Origin: Gemmatimonadales bacterium
GTDB taxonomy: Bacteria > Gemmatimonadota > Gemmatimonadetes > Gemmatimonadales > GWC2-71-9
Direction of reading: 5' to 3'
Assembly: GCA_038321865.1 (NCBI GenBank)
Contig: JBBQFH010000005.1
Location: forward strand, 68,694-132,693
DNA: 64,000 nt
Shown: piece after piece, positions 58,174-64,000 of the stretch
Layout: each line of letters opens with the position of its first letter
How positions within the stretch are numbered: position 1 is the stretch's first letter
Position numbers and translations under genes: made by a program
Notes under the pieces: model-generated
Databases searched by the model: none
Told to the model about the DNA's origin: nothing
The model's input: the letters and a program-made list of their open reading frames with translations, nothing else

Positions 58174-59478
58174 TCAGTCCTCGGCACCCAGGCGCTCGCG
58201 CACCAGCCGCTCGAGCTCCAGCCGCACCGGCTCCAGCGCCACCTCTTCCACCACTTCCGCGGCAAAGGCGTACGTGAGCAGCGTGCGCGCGCGGCGCTCG
58301 TTGATACCCCGGCTCCGAAGATAGAACAGGGCGACATCGTCGAGCCGCCCGACGGTGGCGCCGTGCGTGCACTTGACGTCGTCCGCGAAAATCTCCAGCT
58401 GCGGCTTGGTGTCGACCCGGGCGCCGTCGCTCATGAGCAGGTTCCGGTTGGTCTGCTTGGCGTCGGTCTTCTGCGCCTCGGGCCGAACCAGCACCTTGCC
58501 GTTGAACACCGCCCGCGAGCGGCCGTCCAGCACACCCTTGTAGACCTCCCAGCTGTTGCAGTTGGGATGGTCGTGATAAATCGCGGTGTGATTATCCACG
58601 ACCTGCTCGCCATGCGTCAGGTAAAGCCCGTACATCAGCGTTTCGACGTTGGGCGCGTTGAGCCGGACGTGCAGATTGTGCCGCGCAATCGCGCCGCCCA
58701 TCGCCAGCGTGAACGAGCGGTAGTGGCTGTCACGGGCCTGATCCACGTGCGTCAGGCCTACGTGGTAGGCACCTTCGCTCTCGCGCTGGATGCGGGTGTG
58801 CTCCGTCCAGGCCCCTTCGCCCGAGGAGACCTCGGTGACGGCATTGGTGAAGTAGCGGCGGCCGGGCCCGAGCGTGACATAGCTTTCGATCAGCGAGGCG
58901 CGTGCGCCTCGTTCGAGCACCAGCAGGTTCCGCGGGTGCGTCACCGTGCCGTCGCTGGATCCGCTCGAGACGAACATGACGTGCACCGGGTGAGCCAGTT
59001 CGACACCTTCCGGCACGTAGACGAACGCACCGTCCCGGATGAACGCGGTGTTGAGCGCCGTGAACGCGCTGTCGTTGACGGGGGCGTGGTGGCCGAGGTG
59101 GCGCGCCACGTGCCCGTCACCGGCGGCGATGGCATCGGCGAGGCTCACCGCGTACGCCCCGCCACCAAGCGGTCGCACCGGTGCGAGCGACGCATCGTAG
59201 CGGCCGTCCACGAACACCAGCAGCGGCCACTCCGGATGTCCGAACACGAAGCGCGCCAGCGCCTCGCGGGTGACCTGATGCGTCACGGTCGGCGCCACGA
59301 ACTCCGCGTTGGCGATCGCCGACACCGGCGTGAACCGCCACTCCTCGTCCCGCGCACCGGGAAAGCCGACCTCGGCGAAACGGGCCATCGCCGCGTCGCG
59401 CACCGGCGGGAGCCAGTCCGGCTCCGCGGCGGGATGCACAAGCTCCCGGAACTGCCGGACGTACGGGGCCGCGGTCAC
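58174..59478 (-). CDS. sufD: Fe-S cluster assembly protein SufD
   Basis: EEWRFT, ALNTAF, KPQLEIFADDVKCTHGATVG, YLRSRGI. Confidence 0.93.
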   Translation of the reverse strand: MTAAPYVRQFRELVHPAAEPDWLPPVRDAAMARFAEVGFPGARDEEWRFTPVSAIANAEFVAPTVTHQVTREALARFVFGHPEWPLLVFVDGRYDASLAPVRPLGGGAYAVSLADAIAAGDGHVARHLGHHAPVNDSAFTALNTAFIRDGAFVYVPEGVELAHPVHVMFVSSGSSDGTVTHPRNLLVLERGARASLIESYVTLGPGRRYFTNAVTEVSSGEGAWTEHTRIQRESEGAYHVGLTHVDQARDSHYRSFTLAMGGAIARHNLHVRLNAPNVETLMYGLYLTHGEQVVDNHTAIYHDHPNCNSWEVYKGVLDGRSRAVFNGKVLVRPEAQKTDAKQTNRNLLMSDGARVDTKPQLEIFADDVKCTHGATVGRLDDVALFYLRSRGINERRARTLLTYAFAAEVVEEVALEPVRLELERLVRERLGAED

Positions 59479-60239
59479 GCCATCTCCACCGCGGCTTCGA
59501 CCCAGTCGTAGCCGCGCGCCTCGAGTTCCAGTGCCAGCTCCTTGCCGCCCGACTTCACGATGCGCCCGGCAGACAGCACGTGGACATGGTCCGGCACGAT
59601 GTAGTTGAGCAGCCGCTGATAGTGGGTCACGACGATCGTGGCGTTATCGGGGCGGCGGAGCTTGTTGACCCCTCCCGCCACGATGCGAAGTGCGTCGATG
59701 TCGAGGCCCGAGTCGGTTTCGTCGAGCACCGCGAGCCGAGGCTCAAGTACCGCCATCTGCAGGATTTCGTTCCGTTTCTTCTCGCCACCCGAGAATCCCG
59801 AATTCACCGCGCGGCCCATGATCTCCGGACCCCACTCGACGACCCTCAGCTTCTCCTCGAGGACGTCGAGGAAGTCCATCGGGTCGGCCTCGTCGAGCCC
59901 TTTGGCTTTCCGGATCTCGTTGTAGGCCGCGCGGAGGAAGTAGGCATTCGTGACGCCCGGAATCTCGACCGGATACTGGAACGCGAGGAACACGCCGGCC
60001 TGCGCCCGCACCTCCGGCTCCATCTCCAGCAGATCCTGGCCCATGTAGGTGACCGAGCCGCCGGTCACCTCGTAGGCGGGGTGCCCTGCCAGTACCTGGG
60101 CCAGCGTGCTCTTGCCGGAGCCGTTGGGCCCCATGATGGCGTGCACTTCCCCGGCGTTGACGGTGAGGTCGATGCCGCGAAGAATTTCCGTGTCGCCGGC
60201 GGTCGCACGCAGGCCCCTGATTTCCAGCACTGGTTGCAC
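59475..60239 (-). CDS. sufC: Fe-S cluster assembly ATPase SufC
   Basis: GPNGSGKSTL, FQYPVEIPGV, FSGGEKKRNE, DETDSGLD. Confidence 0.95.
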   Translation of the reverse strand: MQPVLEIRGLRATAGDTEILRGIDLTVNAGEVHAIMGPNGSGKSTLAQVLAGHPAYEVTGGSVTYMGQDLLEMEPEVRAQAGVFLAFQYPVEIPGVTNAYFLRAAYNEIRKAKGLDEADPMDFLDVLEEKLRVVEWGPEIMGRAVNSGFSGGEKKRNEILQMAVLEPRLAVLDETDSGLDIDALRIVAGGVNKLRRPDNATIVVTHYQRLLNYIVPDHVHVLSAGRIVKSGGKELALELEARGYDWVEAAVEMA

Positions 60240-60252
60240 TCCGATTCCCGGG

Positions 60253-61689
60253 TTATCCGACGCTGCCTTCGAGACTGACGCCGAGCAGCTTTTGCGCTTC
60301 CACGGCGAACTCCATGGGCAGCTCCTTGAACACTTCCTTGCAGAAGCCGTTCACGATCATGGAGATGGCGTTTTCGGTGTTGAGTCCGCGCTGCTTGCAA
60401 TAAAACAGCTGGTCCTCGCCGATCTTCGACGTGCTCGCCTCGTGTTCCAGCGACGCCGTCGGGTTCTGCACATCGATGTACGGAAATGTGTGCGCTCCGC
60501 ACCGATTGCCGATCAGCATCGAGTCACACTGCGTGTAGTTCCGCGCTCCCGCGGCCTTCGGCATGATCTTCACCTGGCCGCGATAGCTGTTCTGCCCCTG
60601 GCCGGCCGAGATCCCCTTCGACACGATCGTCGACCGGGTGTTCCGGCCAAGATGGATCATCTTCGTGCCGGTATCGGCCTGCTGCTTTCCGTTCACGACG
60701 GCTACGGAATAGAATTCTCCCACCGAGTTGTCACCCTGGAGAATCACGCTGGGATACTTCCAGGTGATGGCCGAGCCGGTCTCCACCTGCGTCCACGAGA
60801 TCTTGGCATTGGCCATGGCCTTGCCGCGCTTGGTGACGAAATTGTAGATCCCGCCCACGCCGTTCTCGTCTCCGGCGTACCAGTTCTGCACCGTCGAGTA
60901 CTTGATAGACGCGTCGTCGAGCGCGACCAGCTCGACCACCGCCGCGTGCAGCTGGTTCGTATCGCGCTTGGGCGCCGTGCAACCTTCGAGATAGCTGACC
61001 GATGCACCCTGTTCCGCCACGATCAGCGTCCGCTCGAACTGGCCCGTGTCGGCGGAATTGATGCGGAAATACGTCGACAGCTCCATCGGACACCGAACGC
61101 CCTCCGGGATGTACACGAAGGAGCCGTCGCTGAAGACGGCGGCGTTGAGCGCTGCGAAGAAGTTGTCGCTCGCCGGCACGACCGAGCCGAGGTACTTCCG
61201 GACCAGCTCGGGATGTTCCTGCACCGCCTCACCGAACGAGCAGAAGATGATCCCCTGCTCCATCAGCTTGGCCTTGTAGCTGGTACCGACCGACACGGAA
61301 TCGAAGATCGCGTCCACCGCCACCCCGGCGAGAATCTTCTGCTCGGTCAGCGGGATCCCCAGTTTGGTGTAGGTCTCGAGCAGCTTGGGATCGACTTCAT
61401 CCAGGCTGCCGAGCGGCTTGGCCGTCCGGGGAGCCGAATAGTAGATGATGTTCTGGTAGTCGATCGGCTCGTAATGGATGTTGGGCCAGCTGTGTGGCTC
61501 AGCCATCTTCTGCCAGCCGCGGAACGCCTTGAGCCGCCATTCCAGCAGCCAGTCAGGCTCGTGCTTCTTGGCCGAGATGAGGCGGACCGTGTCCTCACTC
61601 AACCCCCGCGGCGCGGTGTCGGCCTCGATGTCGGTGACGAAGCCGTACTTGTAATCCTTGTTGACCAGTGTCTCGACCGACGACGTCAT
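60253..61689 (-). CDS. sufB: Fe-S cluster assembly protein SufB
   Basis: [35 protein letters not shown]. Confidence 0.95.
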   Translation of the reverse strand: MTSSVETLVNKDYKYGFVTDIEADTAPRGLSEDTVRLISAKKHEPDWLLEWRLKAFRGWQKMAEPHSWPNIHYEPIDYQNIIYYSAPRTAKPLGSLDEVDPKLLETYTKLGIPLTEQKILAGVAVDAIFDSVSVGTSYKAKLMEQGIIFCSFGEAVQEHPELVRKYLGSVVPASDNFFAALNAAVFSDGSFVYIPEGVRCPMELSTYFRINSADTGQFERTLIVAEQGASVSYLEGCTAPKRDTNQLHAAVVELVALDDASIKYSTVQNWYAGDENGVGGIYNFVTKRGKAMANAKISWTQVETGSAITWKYPSVILQGDNSVGEFYSVAVVNGKQQADTGTKMIHLGRNTRSTIVSKGISAGQGQNSYRGQVKIMPKAAGARNYTQCDSMLIGNRCGAHTFPYIDVQNPTASLEHEASTSKIGEDQLFYCKQRGLNTENAISMIVNGFCKEVFKELPMEFAVEAQKLLGVSLEGSVG

Positions 61690-62354
61690 ACGCTCTCCTG
61701 CGGGAATCGCACCTTGTATTCACACGCCCCACAGCCTCCGAGCATGTGGCTCCGGCGCTCGACGGTCCCACCGAGCACACTGGAAAGAAACCGCTCTTCA
61801 GCCGCGCAGATTTCGGGGAACCGCTCGGCGACATCGCGGATGGCGCAGTTATGCGCGGTCAGCGTGCCGCAGCTGAACGAGGCCTGCCCCTCGGCCATGT
61901 ACCCGGCCGCCGACAGCGCCCGGACGACGGCCTGCATTCGCACGTCCGGCGTGGCACCTTCGAGCTCGGGCTGCAGACGTTCGGCCAGCGCATCGAAATG
62001 TGATTCGAGCGCCGCGGCCGCCGTCGCCCGGCCGTCGCGCGCCACGACGTAGTCCAGCAGCTGGTCCAGCGTTTCCTTATAGCGGCGGGGAAACAGCGCC
62101 TCGCCGGCCGCAGTCAGGCGGTAGACGAAAACGGGAGCGCCCACGCCGCGGTGGTCGCGCTCATACTGCACCAGCTCCTCCGCCTCGAGGTCCTTCAGGT
62201 GGTGACGGACGGCGTTGAGCGAAACCCCGACACCGACCGCCAGATCCCGCGCGGTCATCCCGGTGCCACGCTTGAGCGCCAGCAGGATCGCGGCCCGGGA
62301 GCCACGAATTCCACTGGGGCCGGACTCCGGCGCGGAATCAGGAATGGCGGTCAT
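61686..62354 (-). CDS. sufR: SufR-like HTH Fe-S sensing regulator
   Basis: N-terminal HTH (AVRHHL..L), FPRRY, C-terminal HNC, EIC and CEY cysteines; first gene of the suf operon. Confidence 0.85.
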   Translation of the reverse strand: MTAIPDSAPESGPSGIRGSRAAILLALKRGTGMTARDLAVGVGVSLNAVRHHLKDLEAEELVQYERDHRGVGAPVFVYRLTAAGEALFPRRYKETLDQLLDYVVARDGRATAAAALESHFDALAERLQPELEGATPDVRMQAVVRALSAAGYMAEGQASFSCGTLTAHNCAIRDVAERFPEICAAEERFLSSVLGGTVERRSHMLGGCGACEYKVRFPQESV

Positions 62355-62363
62355 GAGCCGAAA

Positions 62364-62392
62364 ATCATAAGTGAGGTTATGGGGATTGTCAA
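62364..62392 (-). promoter_or_regulatory. Sigma-70-type promoter of the suf operon
   Basis: TTGACA-N17-TATGAT, ending 9 nt before ATG 62354. Confidence 0.8.
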
Positions 62393-62481
62393 TTCGTACA
62401 TCGCCTTTGGTGCGAATTAGTATCACGCTGTGAAGTAGTGCTTTAGCGGATCAGCTTCCAGCAACTATCCGTGATTGCATG

Positions 62482-62615
62482 ACGGGTTCGGCGCACCCGG
62501 GGTGAGCCAGCGGCGTGGCCTAACCTGCCAAAGTAGTCTTGTGAACTACTCCTACAATGATATCGGCGTCTCTGGCAGTCACCCCGGCGATCTCACATAT
62601 TGGATCGCACCCCGT
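62482..62615 (+). other. Structured intergenic element (candidate ncRNA/leader or miniature inverted-repeat element)
   Basis: Nested inverted repeats: CCGGGGTGA-GCCAG pairs with CTGGC-ag-TCACCCCGG, plus internal hairpins; no known family recognised. Confidence 0.35.
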
Positions 62616-62650
62616 GAGGGGTCTGAGCCGTCCACAACTTCGAAGGCTTC

Positions 62651-63223
62651 ATGACGATTCACCGTATCCGCCTGCTGGGCGATCCCGTCCTCCGCGCCAG
62701 CTGTGACCAGATCACCAAACCACAGTCAACGGCGGTCCGCGTCATCCTCGACGACATGCGGGAGACGCTGCGCGACTGGCAATCCCGGTTCGGCAGCGGC
62801 CGCGCCATCGCCGCCCCCCAGATCGGGGCACCCGTCCGCATGATCTTCGTCGAGATGGATCGTCCCTGGGCCCTGATCAACCCGGAAATCATCGATATCG
62901 GCAGCGAAGACTTCAGTGTCTGGGACGACTGCTTCTCGTTCCCGAACCTGCTGGTGCGGGTGTCCCGGGCCTACCGGATCCGGGTCCGCTATCAGGACGT
63001 GAAGGGGCAGTGGCACGAGGACGAGCTCGAGGGCGACCGATCGGAGCTCATCCAGCACGAGATCGACCATCTCGACGGCGTGCTGTCGGTCGACCGGCCG
63101 CACGGACTCGACCCATTCTACCTTCGGGAAGAATGGAACCGGCTGCACGGCCCGACAGGCCGTTACGGCGAGCCGGAGGGGCGGACTGAGTCGTACGCCA
63201 CTCCGCTGACGGGGTTGCTCTAG
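62651..63223 (+). CDS. def: Peptide deformylase family protein with atypical motifs
   Basis: LGDPVLR, GRAIAAPQIG, INPEI, DDCFS, QHEIDHLDG. Confidence 0.85.
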   Translation: MTIHRIRLLGDPVLRASCDQITKPQSTAVRVILDDMRETLRDWQSRFGSGRAIAAPQIGAPVRMIFVEMDRPWALINPEIIDIGSEDFSVWDDCFSFPNLLVRVSRAYRIRVRYQDVKGQWHEDELEGDRSELIQHEIDHLDGVLSVDRPHGLDPFYLREEWNRLHGPTGRYGEPEGRTESYATPLTGLL

Positions 63224-63224
63224 C

Positions 63225-64000
63225 TCAGAACCAGCGGCCGAGGCGCACCAGGAGCGCGTCCCGGCCGCCAGTCGCGCGACCGTATTCGAACCGCATCGGG
63301 CCAACCGGCGTGTCGGCGCCGATGCCCGCGCGGGCCCCCGCCACCCAGCCGTGGCTGGTCAGCAGCGGCCCGCCATCGGCTGAGCGGCCGACGGCGCTCT
63401 CGATCACGACCACCAGCGGCCCCCGCAGCGGGATGGTTGCACCGAGCCCGGCCATCGCCTCGCGGCCGCCGCGACGTTCACCGATGTGAAGCCCCGGAAA
63501 GCCGTCGGTCCCACCCAGCGGAAATGCGAACTGAAGCGGCAGCTGGCGCCCCCACCCGAGCCGGACGATCGGCCGGAGCGTCACGCCGCGCACCCTCATG
63601 GCCGGCGCGGCCACCAGGGCCGCCCGTCTCATGGTGCGGCTGAGCTCCGCTTCGGCCAACACAGGCTGCTCCGCCGTTTCGCTGGACCGAGTCAATCGGG
63701 CCCGCCCGCCGAATACATGGGCGCTCACTCGTGCGGGGTCACGCCACGCGGTCAGGGTGCCGCCGAGCGCCAGCAGCCACCCCTTTCCGAGCGATCGCTC
63801 CAGACCGACGAACCCGCGCGCCTCCCGCGTCTCCCCCGTGGCCAGCTCGCCGCCGGCGGAGTCGAACCGGCGGACGCCCTCGGTCGCGATGCCGGCGGTG
63901 ACGGTCGGCGTCACCAGCCGGCCGCCGAGTTGGTACGGCCGCCGGAATCCGACGGCGAGTTCTCGTCGGAGCTCCCCCAGGTACAACGCCGCACTGCCGA
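63225..64000 (-). CDS. C-terminal outer-membrane beta-barrel (Omp85-like, as in patatin/PlpD or TamA proteins), partial
   Basis: Alternating beta-strands, LGG..GFPG, TPVGPMRFEYG, terminal VRLGRWF; frame open to the window edge. Confidence 0.7.
   Translation of the reverse strand, partial: GSAALYLGELRRELAVGFRRPYQLGGRLVTPTVTAGIATEGVRRFDSAGGELATGETREARGFVGLERSLGKGWLLALGGTLTAWRDPARVSAHVFGGRARLTRSSETAEQPVLAEAELSRTMRRAALVAAPAMRVRGVTLRPIVRLGWGRQLPLQFAFPLGGTDGFPGLHIGERRGGREAMAGLGATIPLRGPLVVVIESAVGRSADGGPLLTSHGWVAGARAGIGADTPVGPMRFEYGRATGGRDALLVRLGRWF

Noticed and set aside
62355..62426. Longer N-terminus for SufR given by the ORF track
   Set aside because: The extension spans the clear -35/-10 promoter, so ATG 62354 is the more plausible start

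Overview
High-GC, gene-dense bacterial chromosomal window. Gene content and style suggest Gemmatimonadota, but that is an inference. It is probably close to the replication origin, since it carries mnmG-parA-parB with two parS sites. I saw no rRNA, tRNA, CRISPR array or transposase. Main blocks: (1) 0-7 kb: DPP-IV-type peptidase, small envelope proteins, a NUDIX plus membrane-tailed AAA ATPase pair, and GH89. (2) 7-37 kb: a large carbohydrate region with two GMC flavoprotein/Tat small-subunit pairs, two Gfo/Idh/MocA oxidoreductases, two Tat TIM-barrel proteins, two DUF1080 proteins, a NagB-deacetylase fusion, CutC, GH29, GH20, and an SSS-nucleotidyltransferase-atypical GHMP kinase operon. (3) 18-24 kb, inside that region: a candidate trans-membrane sulfur relay (exported rhodanese, second desulfurase-like PLP enzyme, YeeE/YedE pair with a C-terminal Cys arm). 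A neighbouring OmpR-type two-component system has matching 11-bp repeat boxes upstream of both transcription units. (4) 37-47 kb: ada operon, AI-2E transporter, PlsC, and a BMP-type ABC transporter with Nif3 inside it. (5) 47-53 kb: bactofilin-M23-parB-parA-mnmG and a 1-Cys peroxiredoxin. (6) 53-64 kb: sufR-sufBCDSU extended by a bacilliredoxin and a His-rich unknown protein, a structured intergenic element, an atypical deformylase and a partial outer-membrane barrel. All calls come from reading motifs by eye. Start codons were often trimmed from the supplied ORF track and are approximate.
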